From NCBI GenBank assembly GCA_016779505.1, contig JADHNM010000002.1, positions 1 through 48,091 of the forward strand: a stretch of DNA of 48,091 nt, given 5' to 3'. The stretch's first letter is position 1. Every line of letters starts with the position of its first letter. The notes beneath the pieces are model-generated. The model was not told where the DNA came from and made no database searches. It saw only the letters and a list, made by a program, of their open reading frames with translations. This DNA comes from SAR86 cluster bacterium (GTDB taxonomy: Bacteria; Pseudomonadota; Gammaproteobacteria; Magnimaribacterales; D2472). Positions 10,366 to 19,543 of the stretch are shown here, piece by piece. The position numbers and the translations under genes were made by a program.

Positions 10366-13300
10366 TTATAGCTTTTTTGAAATCGCGTAGCAAGCTGGAA
10401 TATAAAACAAAGCAATGATTGCAGACCCGATGACGCCTCCAGCCATTGCCCAAGCCAAAGGCTGAAAGAATATACTAGTTATTAATAATGGTAAGAATCC
10501 ACCAATGGTTGTTGCTGATGTGGTAATAACATGACGAGTTGATCTAATAATTACTTCAACAAGATCTTCTTTAGTAATTGGTGAATTAGCATTTGCCTCT
10601 TTAATATGAGACAAAACAACAATAGAATCATTGATAGAAAGGCCCGCTAATCCAATCGCACCTACCAAACCAATAAACCCAAAATTGGCTTGACCTAATG
10701 TTAGGCCTAAAAATGCTAACCCTGTGCACCAAATGGCAACGCTTAAAATTAATCCAGCCTGCCTAAATGAATTTAATGCCGCAACCAATGCGATGATTAT
10801 TAAGATAAAGAATAAAATAGCTGATGAGAAAATATTAGACTGAGATTGCCCTCTTGCCTCAGCTTCTCCCCCTACCTCAAAAATATATCCAGGCGGAAGC
10901 TCAGCTTTAAAGGTTTCAAGCTTATCTGCCAAATATTTTTCAGTTTGGGACGGAAGTAAACCAGGCCAAATCCAACCTGAAACTTGATTTTGTCTCTTGC
11001 CAGCATCACGAGAAACAAAATTAGCCTGGTTGGTTACATTAAAATCTCCATAATTTGAAGAATAATCAAAACCTTCTTCAGAAGGTACAGATAAAAATTG
11101 AGTTGATTGTATAGAATCATTTGACGATCCTCGTATTTTAATTGATAGTTCTTTATTTCCATCAAGCATGGTGCCAACAACTACGCCTTCACTTGCAATT
11201 GCTAGCTCGTTTATAAAGAAATCTCCAGAAATTGAGCCTAGTGCAAGATCGGATTCATTAAAGGTAAACTCCAAGTTTGTTGCTCCACCAGCAAGCTCAC
11301 TTTTGGTTAAGAAAACTCCTGGAGCATCTCTTATAATTAGCTCTAATTTTTTTCCTAAAGCTCTTAAGATTGATAAATCAGGCCCATCAATGCTGAACTC
11401 CACTGCTGCATCTACAGGGGGACCTGAATCAAATTTATCTACAATAATCTTTAGATCAGGATTTTCGTTTACGAGTCGTTTTGCAAGCTTCGGTAGAACC
11501 GTGGTCATTTCTTTATATGAGGTACTTATATAAACGCCTTGCGCTAAATTATTGCTGCCCAAGGCTGAATCACCACCAACAACATTGTAGAGAATTCTTG
11601 GCAATCTTCTACCAATAAACCAAAAATCATCTTCCACAATACCACTTTTAGCAATTGAATCTCGTAACTTCAATACTGCTTTTTCAGAACTTTCTACATT
11701 TGAATTTTGTGGAAGTTCCACCAGTACTTTAAACATATTCCTATCAAGCTCAGGAAAGAAGTCTGCTTTTAAAAATGGGAAAGAGACAAAGCCTACTGCA
11801 GGTAAAATCATTGCAATCATTATTCCTCTTTTAGGAACATCAAATGACCAAGTCAGAACAGCCCTATATCTTCGAAGAAGTTTTTCATTTGAATAGCCAT
11901 TGCCGCCAAAAATTTCTTTTTCAAAAAATTTTATTTGATCTAAATAGTTTAAGAGGACTGGTACAACATAAAGCGCGAGGAAAAGCGAGGAAGTAATTGA
12001 AAGAATTACTGTTTTTGCCATGCCTCCTACAAACTCTGCGCTGGGGCCTTGGCCTGCGGCAATAGGGAAAAAAGATAATGCTGTTGTTGCAGTTGCTGCT
12101 GCAAGAGGTATCCATAAATGTTGGAATGTTTCAAATGAAGCTTGCTCTCTAGAATGGCCTAATTTACGTCTATATTTAAAATCCTCAACTACAATAATGG
12201 CATTGTCGATTAGCAACCCAAGAGCAATAATAATTCCAGTCATTGAAGTTTGGTGCAATGGCAATCCAAGCAATGTGCAGCCAAATAACACTAAAAAAAT
12301 AGTTAAAGGGATAACCGAACCAACAATGAGGGCTGATTTAAAACCTAGAAGAAAATAACTAATCCCAATAACAATCAAGATCGCAAATAAAATACTTGTA
12401 TATAAGGTGTTGAATTTTTCATTAAAATAATGGGATTCGTCATAAATTTTTTCAAGAGAAATTTCTGCTGGCAATTGATTTCTGAATTCATCAACTATTT
12501 TTTCGATATCTTCTACATAAAGGTCTACTCTTTGTGAGAAAGCGCCACTAATATTTACCAACACAGATCTTTTGCCATTGAAAAGAGATAGCTCTTCAGG
12601 TGGATCTCTTGGATTTTTTGACAATGTGGCAATATCACCTAAACGAATAATCTCATAGTCATTAAAAACTTTGATTGGTAAGTTAGCTACTTGTGAAACG
12701 TTGGTTAAATTATCTTTTGATTTCACAAGAAGTTCTTTGCCATTCTGTGAAATTTGCCCAATTGGTTTTTTTGTATCAAGCCCAGATAATACCCTTACGA
12801 CTTCTTGAAAAGATAAGCCAAGAGCAGACAATTTAGCATTATCTATCTCAACCAAAACCTCTTCATCAGCAGCTCCATAAGTATGACTTCTATCTGACCC
12901 ACCTATATATGCTAGGGTCTGCCGAAGATCCTCTGCTATACGTGACAATAAAATTAATGGAGTGTCCCCATCTCCTTTCCAGGTTAAAGAATAAAGAAGA
13001 GTGATTGGAGGACCGCTACTTCTAATTAATTGGGGTTTAACATCAGGCGGTAATGAAAATGATGCCTGATCCATTTTATCTTGGACTTCAGACCATACTT
13101 GCTCTATTTGAGAAGGTGGAACTTCATCTTTAATTTCTAATACAGTGGTTGAAAATCCCTGAGAGGCAAATGAGATAATTTCATCAAGCTCATATACCTC
13201 TCTTAGCTTGGTCTCTAGGGGCTCTAAAATTTGTGTTTCGATCCGTGTTGGCGATGCTCCAGGATATATGCTTTGCACTGATGACCATCGTTGGGCAAGC

Positions 13301-13416
13301 TCTGGATTTTCTTGTCTTGGAAGAGTGCTTAGCGAAAAAAGGCCCGCTAAAAAAATAAAAGTTAGGAGTAAACTGAAAACTCTCGGTCGATCAAAGAAAA
13401 TTTTTAACAAGAGCAT
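10366..13416 (-). CDS. RND efflux transporter, inner-membrane permease subunit
   Basis: 1016 aa with the AcrB-like architecture: two large periplasmic loops, 12 TM segments, and a PRQENPE...IYPGASP N-terminal motif. Confidence 0.92.
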   Translation of the reverse strand: MLLLKIFFDRPRVFSLLLTFIFLAGLFSLSTLPRQENPELAQRWSSVQSIYPGASPTRIETQILEPLETKLREVYELDEIISFASQGFSTTVLEIKDEVPPSQIEQVWSEVQDKMDQASFSLPPDVKPQLIRSSGPPITLLYSLTWKGDGDTPLILLSRIAEDLRQTLAYIGGSDRSHTYGAADEEVLVEIDNAKLSALGLSFQEVVRVLSGLDTKKPIGQISQNGKELLVKSKDNLTNVSQVANLPIKVFNDYEIIRLGDIATLSKNPRDPPEELSLFNGKRSVLVNISGAFSQRVDLYVEDIEKIVDEFRNQLPAEISLEKIYDESHYFNEKFNTLYTSILFAILIVIGISYFLLGFKSALIVGSVIPLTIFLVLFGCTLLGLPLHQTSMTGIIIALGLLIDNAIIVVEDFKYRRKLGHSREQASFETFQHLWIPLAAATATTALSFFPIAAGQGPSAEFVGGMAKTVILSITSSLFLALYVVPVLLNYLDQIKFFEKEIFGGNGYSNEKLLRRYRAVLTWSFDVPKRGIMIAMILPAVGFVSFPFLKADFFPELDRNMFKVLVELPQNSNVESSEKAVLKLRDSIAKSGIVEDDFWFIGRRLPRILYNVVGGDSALGSNNLAQGVYISTSYKEMTTVLPKLAKRLVNENPDLKIIVDKFDSGPPVDAAVEFSIDGPDLSILRALGKKLELIIRDAPGVFLTKSELAGGATNLEFTFNESDLALGSISGDFFINELAIASEGVVVGTMLDGNKELSIKIRGSSNDSIQSTQFLSVPSEEGFDYSSNYGDFNVTNQANFVSRDAGKRQNQVSGWIWPGLLPSQTEKYLADKLETFKAELPPGYIFEVGGEAEARGQSQSNIFSSAILFFILIIIALVAALNSFRQAGLILSVAIWCTGLAFLGLTLGQANFGFIGLVGAIGLAGLSINDSIVVLSHIKEANANSPITKEDLVEVIIRSTRHVITTSATTIGGFLPLLITSIFFQPLAWAMAGGVIGSAIIALFYIPACYAISKKL

Positions 13417-13419
13417 GGT

Positions 13420-14412
13420 TTAGTTGGCTTTTAATATTTCATTTTCAATCACCTTCTCAGCTCCGCCTGCTACGACCATATCTCCAGTTGAAATTGTTCC
13501 TGAGATATAAGCGTTATCTCCTTCAACATAAATTAATTCAACAATTTCTTTAGCGACTTTAAATTGATCATTGTTATCTTTCGAAACTGTATATAAATTC
13601 CAAAGACCCTGTGTACCCTGAGAGAGTGATTTCAATGGAACCCAGGCTCCTGTTGCTGATTTTTGTTGATTGAGCTGAAGATAGGAAATAGATCCGGGGC
13701 TAATAAAAGTACTAAATTCAAATATACATAATCTATTATCTGAACCTTGATTACTCATTTTTGTAAATCGTTTTAATTTTGCAGAAAAAATTTTCCCATC
13801 AATTAAAAAATTATAAAATTCACCCTCTTTCAAGCCCTCAATAACAGTGCTTGGTACTGAAACATGCGCCTCCACAACTGAGGAATCAATAATTTCTAAA
13901 ATTGGTGCTCCAGGACTAATTACTGTTCCAGAATCAAGAAATCTATTTTGAATATATCCATCAAATGGAGCGCGGATAAAAGTCTGCTCTAATTTAACTG
14001 AGTATAAATCTACCTGTGCTTTTGCAATGAGAAATTCTGAGTTAGCTCGATCTAATTCTTGATTAGAGATAAAGCCCTTAGATTTCAAGTCTTTAAACCT
14101 TTTTAAGGCTTGTTCTGCAAGATCAAATCTTGCTTGAGCTTGATTTAAATTAGCTTGCATTTCTGCAGGATCTAGAGCGGCTAATATTTCGTTTTTTTTC
14201 ACAGCATCACCGATATCAATTTTTACATCTGCAATCTTTCCGGGAACTTCAAAAGCTAGCTTAGAATAATTTAATGGAAGTATTTTTCCAGGAAAACGCT
14301 GAATAGTATTGTATGAATCTTGGATCTCGATGGTCGTAATTTCTAATGACGTATTGGATGACAAATCAACGGCTAATAGGAAGAAAAATGAAAAGTGCAA
14401 AAATTTATTCAT
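13420..14412 (-). CDS. RND efflux periplasmic adaptor (membrane fusion protein, HlyD family)
   Basis: 330 aa with an N-terminal anchor, a coiled-coil hairpin region (QANLNQAQARFDLAEQALKRFKDL) and beta-barrel domains. It lies 3 nt upstream of the RND gene. Confidence 0.88.
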   Translation of the reverse strand: MNKFLHFSFFFLLAVDLSSNTSLEITTIEIQDSYNTIQRFPGKILPLNYSKLAFEVPGKIADVKIDIGDAVKKNEILAALDPAEMQANLNQAQARFDLAEQALKRFKDLKSKGFISNQELDRANSEFLIAKAQVDLYSVKLEQTFIRAPFDGYIQNRFLDSGTVISPGAPILEIIDSSVVEAHVSVPSTVIEGLKEGEFYNFLIDGKIFSAKLKRFTKMSNQGSDNRLCIFEFSTFISPGSISYLQLNQQKSATGAWVPLKSLSQGTQGLWNLYTVSKDNNDQFKVAKEIVELIYVEGDNAYISGTISTGDMVVAGGAEKVIENEILKAN

Positions 14413-14436
14413 AAAAATTTATATGATATGCTAATA

Positions 14437-14455
14437 ATGTTAACAGCGTAAACAT
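14437..14455. promoter_or_regulatory. Candidate TetR operator O1 (ATGT-N11-ACAT palindrome)
   Basis: ATGTTAACAGCGTAAACAT has 7 of 9 symmetric pairs and contains the perfect palindrome TGTTAACA. It lies in the 84-nt MFP/TetR divergent spacer. Confidence 0.45.
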
Positions 14456-14466
14456 AGTATATATTT

Positions 14467-14487
14467 AATGTATTCACTGTCAACATT
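14467..14487. promoter_or_regulatory. Candidate TetR operator O2 (ATGT-N11-ACAT palindrome)
   Basis: AATGTATTCACTGTCAACATT has the same ATGT-N11-ACAT frame as O1. Its start lies 31 bp from the O1 start, and it ends 9 nt before the TetR ATG. Confidence 0.4.
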
Positions 14488-14496
14488 GGAAAAACA

Positions 14497-15093
14497 ATGA
14501 AATATCATCATGGCAATTTAAAAGAGGAGCTAATCTCTAGCGCTTGCATCATATGTGAGGCTAATGGTCATGATCATATGAGCTTAAGATCTATTGCTAA
14601 AGAAGCAAATGTATCCCAAACGGCTCCCTATAGGCACTTTGAAACCAAAGAAAGTCTACTTGCAGAAGTCTCAAAAAGAGGCTTTGAGGAGTTAACAGAT
14701 AGAATGAAATTGGCAATTAGTAAAGGCAATATTAAATCTGCAAATGATAAGTTCCTTGAAATGGGGCTTGCCTATCTCGAATTTGGATTGGAAAAAAGAA
14801 AGACCTATGATCTTATGCATAGCCCCATCATTGATAAAGTCCAATTTCCCGAACTGCTCAATGCTGCTCAAGGAGCATTTGATGAGCTGGTACAAATTTT
14901 AAAAGAATTATATCCAGGAATATCTGAAGATGCCCTTGGTAAAAAATGTATAAAATTCTGGGCAATGATGCATGGCTTGGTTGGTTTGTTAGATATGAAA
15001 ATTGATCCAGATGTAGGGTCAAATGCGGGTGATGCTATGTCAATTGTGAAAGAAGATTTTAGATCTTTTCTTGTTGAATCCCTAGAATTCTAA
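14497..15093 (+). CDS. TetR/AcrR-family transcriptional regulator
   Basis: 198 aa with the N-terminal HTH SLRSIAKEANVSQTAPYRHF. It is divergent from the MFP-RND operon. Confidence 0.9.
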   Translation: MKYHHGNLKEELISSACIICEANGHDHMSLRSIAKEANVSQTAPYRHFETKESLLAEVSKRGFEELTDRMKLAISKGNIKSANDKFLEMGLAYLEFGLEKRKTYDLMHSPIIDKVQFPELLNAAQGAFDELVQILKELYPGISEDALGKKCIKFWAMMHGLVGLLDMKIDPDVGSNAGDAMSIVKEDFRSFLVESLEF

Positions 15094-15494
15094 TCTACTT
15101 GGACAGTTATTCGCTTTGAAAAGATTGGAGGGTTGTGCGGAATGTGACGAAAGTCACCCAACAGCAATTGAAGTGTATGAGTACCTTTAGTTAATTCGAT
15201 CTCTACCTCAGTCTGACCTTTACCAAAATGTACATAATTCTTATCAGCTGGTATTGGTAGACTGAGTGATGGCAAATCAGCATCGATGATTAAATGATGA
15301 TGTCCGGTATTCATCATTTGTATTCCAGCTGGAGCAACACCAAAATTTTCTAACCCAAATCGAACGGTAACTGTTCTTGAGACAGATTCTCCATCATGTG
15401 GGGAAATAAAATACACAGAAGCATTAGCATCACCAGGTGATAGCTCTATGGCGTCAATTGAAAATGAAAGAAAAATAATAAATAAATATCTCAT
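15090..15494 (-). CDS. Secreted DUF4399-like protein with a His cluster
   Basis: 134 aa with a signal peptide. The NTGHHHLIIDAD motif matches what I recall of DUF4399 family proteins. Its start codon directly abuts the upstream flavin reductase stop (TAGATG). Confidence 0.6.
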   Translation of the reverse strand: MRYLFIIFLSFSIDAIELSPGDANASVYFISPHDGESVSRTVTVRFGLENFGVAPAGIQMMNTGHHHLIIDADLPSLSLPIPADKNYVHFGKGQTEVEIELTKGTHTLQLLLGDFRHIPHNPPIFSKRITVQVD

Positions 15495-15959
15495 CTAATC
15501 TAGGTATCCTCCGTCTGCATACATTAGGGTGTTAAAAGTCTCTGCACTCTGTGAGTGTATAACACTTCCAATAACAATTTTATGAGTATGATAGGAAACA
15601 GTTTCATCAACTTTACAAAATATATTTGCTTGCGAGTCTTTAATGAATGGAATATCGCTCGTGTCCCAAAAATTGTTTTGAAATCTTGTTGATTCTAGTT
15701 CTTTTGAGCTGCAGATATTGGAAATTTCTTGCTGAGTTTTTTGAAGAATATTAATGCATAAATTCTCTCCCTTCATGAGGACATCATGAATGGTGGCACT
15801 ATTGTTAACACAAACTAGAATAGAGGGCGGATCCATTGTTAAAGAGGTAACTGAAGATGCCGTCATTGCAAATAGATTGCCAGATGAGTCTTTTGCCGAT
15901 ATTACACTCACGGACGAAGCCAAAAATCTCATAGCAATTAAAAATTGTTCTTTAGGCAT
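15495..15959 (-). CDS. Flavin reductase-like (FMN-binding split-barrel) protein
   Basis: 154 aa. The pattern FLASSVSVISAKD...AMTASSVTSLTMDPPSILVCV is typical of HpaC/Fre-like flavin reductase domains. Confidence 0.75.
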   Translation of the reverse strand: MPKEQFLIAMRFLASSVSVISAKDSSGNLFAMTASSVTSLTMDPPSILVCVNNSATIHDVLMKGENLCINILQKTQQEISNICSSKELESTRFQNNFWDTSDIPFIKDSQANIFCKVDETVSYHTHKIVIGSVIHSQSAETFNTLMYADGGYLD

Positions 15960-15996
15960 AGGCGTTATAATTTATACTCTGTAAAAATTTTAAAAA

Positions 15997-16545
15997 TTGA
16001 ACACGTCAAGCATAAGAATAATTGGAGGTAGAAACAAGAGCTATCGAATAGTTTTTAAAGCTACCCCCGCTCTCAGACCAACCACTGATCGAGCTAAAGA
16101 AACATTATTTAGTTGGTTACAATTTGAATTAAAAGATATGTCTTGTCTTGATTTATTTGCAGGCACTGGCGGTCTAGGTTTAGAGGCATTATCAAGAGGC
16201 GCTCAACATGTCACGTTTGTTGAAAAAAATAAAAGTTTGTACAAAAATATTTTAAAAAATGTTAGTCATCTAGGGTATGAAAATAATGTCCAAGCTATGT
16301 GCAGTGATTCTTTTAAATGGCTAAAAACAAATAAAAGAAAATTTGATTACATCTTTTTAGATCCTCCATTTAATCAGTTTGACTATAAAAGCTTGCTTAG
16401 AGCAGTCCATAGAAGCAATATTATCAATGAGGGGGGCAAGATTTTTCTTGAAACCAGCAAACATGCTGAGCTTGAATTAAGTCATGCTCAAGATATCCTG
16501 AAAGATAAAATAATAGGAGATGTGAGGCTTATAATTTTGCAATGA
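15997..16545 (+). CDS. rsmD: 16S rRNA (guanine966-N2)-methyltransferase
   Basis: 182 aa with the SAM motif LDLFAGTGGLGLEALSRGA and the DPPF catalytic motif. Apparent TTG start. Overlaps hemC by 4 nt. Confidence 0.85.
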   Translation: MNTSSIRIIGGRNKSYRIVFKATPALRPTTDRAKETLFSWLQFELKDMSCLDLFAGTGGLGLEALSRGAQHVTFVEKNKSLYKNILKNVSHLGYENNVQAMCSDSFKWLKTNKRKFDYIFLDPPFNQFDYKSLLRAVHRSNIINEGGKIFLETSKHAELELSHAQDILKDKIIGDVRLIILQ

Positions 16546-17453
16546 AAATTAGAATAGCAACCAGACTGTCACCACTTGCAATGCTGCAAACAAATGAGGT
16601 GATAGAAAAAATTAAATTTTTTGATCCTCATTGTATTTGTGAAATTATCAAGATGGAATCAGAAGGCGATCTAACAGACACGCCTTTGCATATGATTGGT
16701 GGGAAAGGATTATTTGTCTCTAAGCTAGAAATGGCTTTGGAGAGCGGAATTGCTGATATAGCAGTGCACAGTCTAAAGGATGTGCCAGCATCAATAAATT
16801 CTAAATTCAGTATCGCAGCAACTTTGCCAAGGGAGGCAGCAGTCGATGCAATTCTTTTAAAAGAGGGATTAACCATTGATGACTTATCAAAAAATCTTAA
16901 AATTGCTACATCTGGACCCAGAAGAAGATCTCAATTACTTTCTATTAATCCCAAATTAAACATCGTCCCTATTAGGGGGAATATTCAAACTAGAATCAAT
17001 AAAATCCAAGCTGATGATTTAGATGGTTTGATTGTCGCTAAGGCAGCACTAAATCGATTGAAAATCTTGCATCCTAATATTCATGTATTTTCAGAAAAGC
17101 AAATGTTGCCAGCAGCTGCTCAAGGAGCAATTGGTGTAGAAGTTAATACACAAGAGGTTTCATCTCATATAAGCAACTTACTTCATTTGATCAATGATCA
17201 ATTAACTTATGAAGCAACACAAATTGAAAGATTGGTTGTAGCATCCTTGGAAGGTAACTGTTTGTCTCCAATTTCAGCCCTATGCAAAATTGATGGCCAA
17301 GATGCTGAGCTAAAAGTAAGAGTATCTAATCAAGATGGAACTGATGTATACAATGAGGTGACAAGATTTAAACTAAAAAATAAAATTGATGCGGTAAATA
17401 ATTTTATAGAAATATTAATTCGCAAAGGCGCCAAAGAAATTATTCAACGATAA
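16542..17453 (+). CDS. hemC: Hydroxymethylbilane synthase (porphobilinogen deaminase)
   Basis: 303 aa with the IRIATRLSPLAMLQT N-terminus and the cofactor-binding Cys in EGNCLSPI. Confidence 0.93.
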   Translation: MKIRIATRLSPLAMLQTNEVIEKIKFFDPHCICEIIKMESEGDLTDTPLHMIGGKGLFVSKLEMALESGIADIAVHSLKDVPASINSKFSIAATLPREAAVDAILLKEGLTIDDLSKNLKIATSGPRRRSQLLSINPKLNIVPIRGNIQTRINKIQADDLDGLIVAKAALNRLKILHPNIHVFSEKQMLPAAAQGAIGVEVNTQEVSSHISNLLHLINDQLTYEATQIERLVVASLEGNCLSPISALCKIDGQDAELKVRVSNQDGTDVYNEVTRFKLKNKIDAVNNFIEILIRKGAKEIIQR

Positions 17454-18152
17454 ATGATTGTAAACACAAGACCTATTGATCTTGGTCAAAAAACTAATTT
17501 TTTACTCAAAAAATCTGAATGTAATTTTATTCACCTGCCATTAACTAAAATTATAAAAATAGAGCCCTCTGCGCAAGCTATACAAAACATAAATAATCTC
17601 AGTGATTATGATCTGTTAATATTTACCAGCCAATCTGCCGTGACATATGGAGCTGAATATTGCCAAAAGATTTTCAAAAATAATGCAGTGATTCCTATCC
17701 TTGCAATCGGTCTCGCCACTCAAGAATCATTGAAGAAATTTAACCTCTCTTCAATAACTCCATCAACATTTGATTCTGCTGGTTTAGCAGAAGTGATCAA
17801 AGAAAGGAGTTGTAAAAAATGCTTGATTTTTTGTGGCGAAAAAAAACCTCGCCTACTCTCTTTAACCGATATTGAGATAGATACATTTCCTTGCTATGCC
17901 TCTCATGATGAGGCAAAAATTGACCTGTCAAAAATTCAAGATGAAAATAAATTAGTAGTTTTAATCTATACCCAGCAAAGTTTAGAAGTGCTAATGCGGG
18001 AGTTGCCAGTGAATACAATCCAGAATATTACGTTAATTGTTGCCTCAAAGAGGGTAAAAGAATTATCTATAAAATTTGGTTTTAGAAATTGCGTCTTGGC
18101 AGATTCTCCTCACGATGAGGAAATGATTAAAGCAGCGCTAGCAGTAAATTAA
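17454..18152 (+). CDS. hemD: Uroporphyrinogen-III synthase
   Basis: 232 aa, starting directly after the hemC stop (TAAATG). This family is weakly conserved, so the call rests on size, HEM4-like pattern (LIFTSQSAV) and the conserved hemC-hemD order. Confidence 0.7.
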   Translation: MIVNTRPIDLGQKTNFLLKKSECNFIHLPLTKIIKIEPSAQAIQNINNLSDYDLLIFTSQSAVTYGAEYCQKIFKNNAVIPILAIGLATQESLKKFNLSSITPSTFDSAGLAEVIKERSCKKCLIFCGEKKPRLLSLTDIEIDTFPCYASHDEAKIDLSKIQDENKLVVLIYTQQSLEVLMRELPVNTIQNITLIVASKRVKELSIKFGFRNCVLADSPHDEEMIKAALAVN

Positions 18153-18157
18153 ATTAA

Positions 18158-19438
18158 TTATTTTTTCTTTCCATTTCCGTTGCCACTTTTCATGGCGCTA
18201 AAGAACTCATCATTTGTTTTGGATGATTTTAACCTCTCAATTAAGAATTCAATTGCTTGAGAGTCTTCCATGTCATCGAGAATCTTTCTAAGGATAAACA
18301 TTCTCTGTAACTCTTCAGGGCTGGTAAGAAGGTCCTCTCTTCTGGTACCTGAGCGCCTAATGTTGATAGCAGGATATATCCTTTTTTCAGCAATTTTTCT
18401 TTCTAAATGAATCTCCATGTTGCCTGTTCCCTTGAACTCTTCATAGATCACTTCATCCATCTTAGAACCAGTTTCAACTAGAGCAGTAGCAATAATAGTT
18501 AGACTACCGCCTTCTTCTAAGTTCCTTGCAGCACCAAAAAATCTTTTTGGTCTTTCAAGTGCATTTGAGTCCACGCCGCCAGAGAGAATTTTTCCTGAAG
18601 CCGGTTGAACTGAATTATAAGCTCTACCCAATCTAGTAATAGAATCTAGCAAGATAACAACATCTTTCTTATGTTCAACAAGCCTTTTCGCTTTTTCGAT
18701 CACCATGTCTGCTACCTGAACATGCCTGGTCGGGGGTTCATCAAATGTGCTCGCAACCACTTCCCCTCTTACTGTTCTAGACATATCAGTAACCTCTTCT
18801 GGTCTCTCATCAATCAGCAATACTATTAATTCTACTTCAGGATTATTTTTCGTAATTGAATGGGCTATGCTTTGAAGCATGAGTGTTTTACCTGCTTTGG
18901 GAGGAGAAACAATTAATCCACGCTGCCCCTTGCCAATTGGAGATGCAAGATCAATAATTCTAGAAGAAAGATCTTCGGCGGACCCACTTCCCTGCTCGAG
19001 AGTAAGACGTGAAGTTGGAAAGAGTGGTGTTAAGTTTTCAAAAAGAATTTTCTTTTTTGTTTTTTCTGGAGCTTCTTTGTTGATTGTGTCAACGTAAACT
19101 AAAGCAAAATATCTTTCGCTATCTTTTGGAGGTCTAATTTTTCCATGAATTTCATCTCCTTTTCTGAGACTGAATTTTCTAACTTGGCTTGGAGATACAT
19201 AAATATCATCTGGACCCGAGCAATAGGATCCTTCTGGGGATCTTAAAAAACCAAATCCATCATTTAAAATCTCTAAAACTCCGCCGCCATATATATCTAC
19301 GCCTTCCTTGGCTTGTTGTTTAAAAATACGAAAAATGATTTCTTGCTTTTTGAGCCGCCCAACATCTTCGATTCCAAGACTTTCGGCAATATCCACCAAC
19401 TCATTGATTGGCTTGACTTTCATTTCAGTTAAATTCAT
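18158..19438 (-). CDS. rho: Transcription termination factor Rho
   Basis: 426 aa with the RNA-binding GFGFLR motif, Walker A PPKAGKT and a RecA-type ATPase core. Confidence 0.97.
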   Translation of the reverse strand: MNLTEMKVKPINELVDIAESLGIEDVGRLKKQEIIFRIFKQQAKEGVDIYGGGVLEILNDGFGFLRSPEGSYCSGPDDIYVSPSQVRKFSLRKGDEIHGKIRPPKDSERYFALVYVDTINKEAPEKTKKKILFENLTPLFPTSRLTLEQGSGSAEDLSSRIIDLASPIGKGQRGLIVSPPKAGKTLMLQSIAHSITKNNPEVELIVLLIDERPEEVTDMSRTVRGEVVASTFDEPPTRHVQVADMVIEKAKRLVEHKKDVVILLDSITRLGRAYNSVQPASGKILSGGVDSNALERPKRFFGAARNLEEGGSLTIIATALVETGSKMDEVIYEEFKGTGNMEIHLERKIAEKRIYPAINIRRSGTRREDLLTSPEELQRMFILRKILDDMEDSQAIEFLIERLKSSKTNDEFFSAMKSGNGNGKKK

Positions 19439-19509
19439 AGATTGATCTCTGGTTGTTTGGGAGTAAAAATTTTGATTTGATAGGTAGCTATAAAGCTAAG
19501 ATAAGGAAA

Positions 19510-19538
19510 ATGATAATTCCTTTTCCCAAAAGATGCAA
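19510..19538 (-). promoter_or_regulatory. Candidate rho promoter
   Basis: Minus strand reads TTGCAT (19538-19533), a 17-nt spacer, then TATCAT (19515-19510), in the 105-nt trxA-rho spacer. It overlaps a GGAAAA...TTTTCC inverted repeat. Confidence 0.35.
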
Positions 19539-19543
19539 AGTTT

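Noticed and set aside
8254-15959. The accessory-looking block as a horizontally acquired genomic island.
   Set aside because: I see no integrase, transposase, tRNA attachment site or flanking direct repeats, and no by-eye shift in base composition or gene density relative to the core flanks. A k-mer or GC-skew calculation would be needed to be sure.
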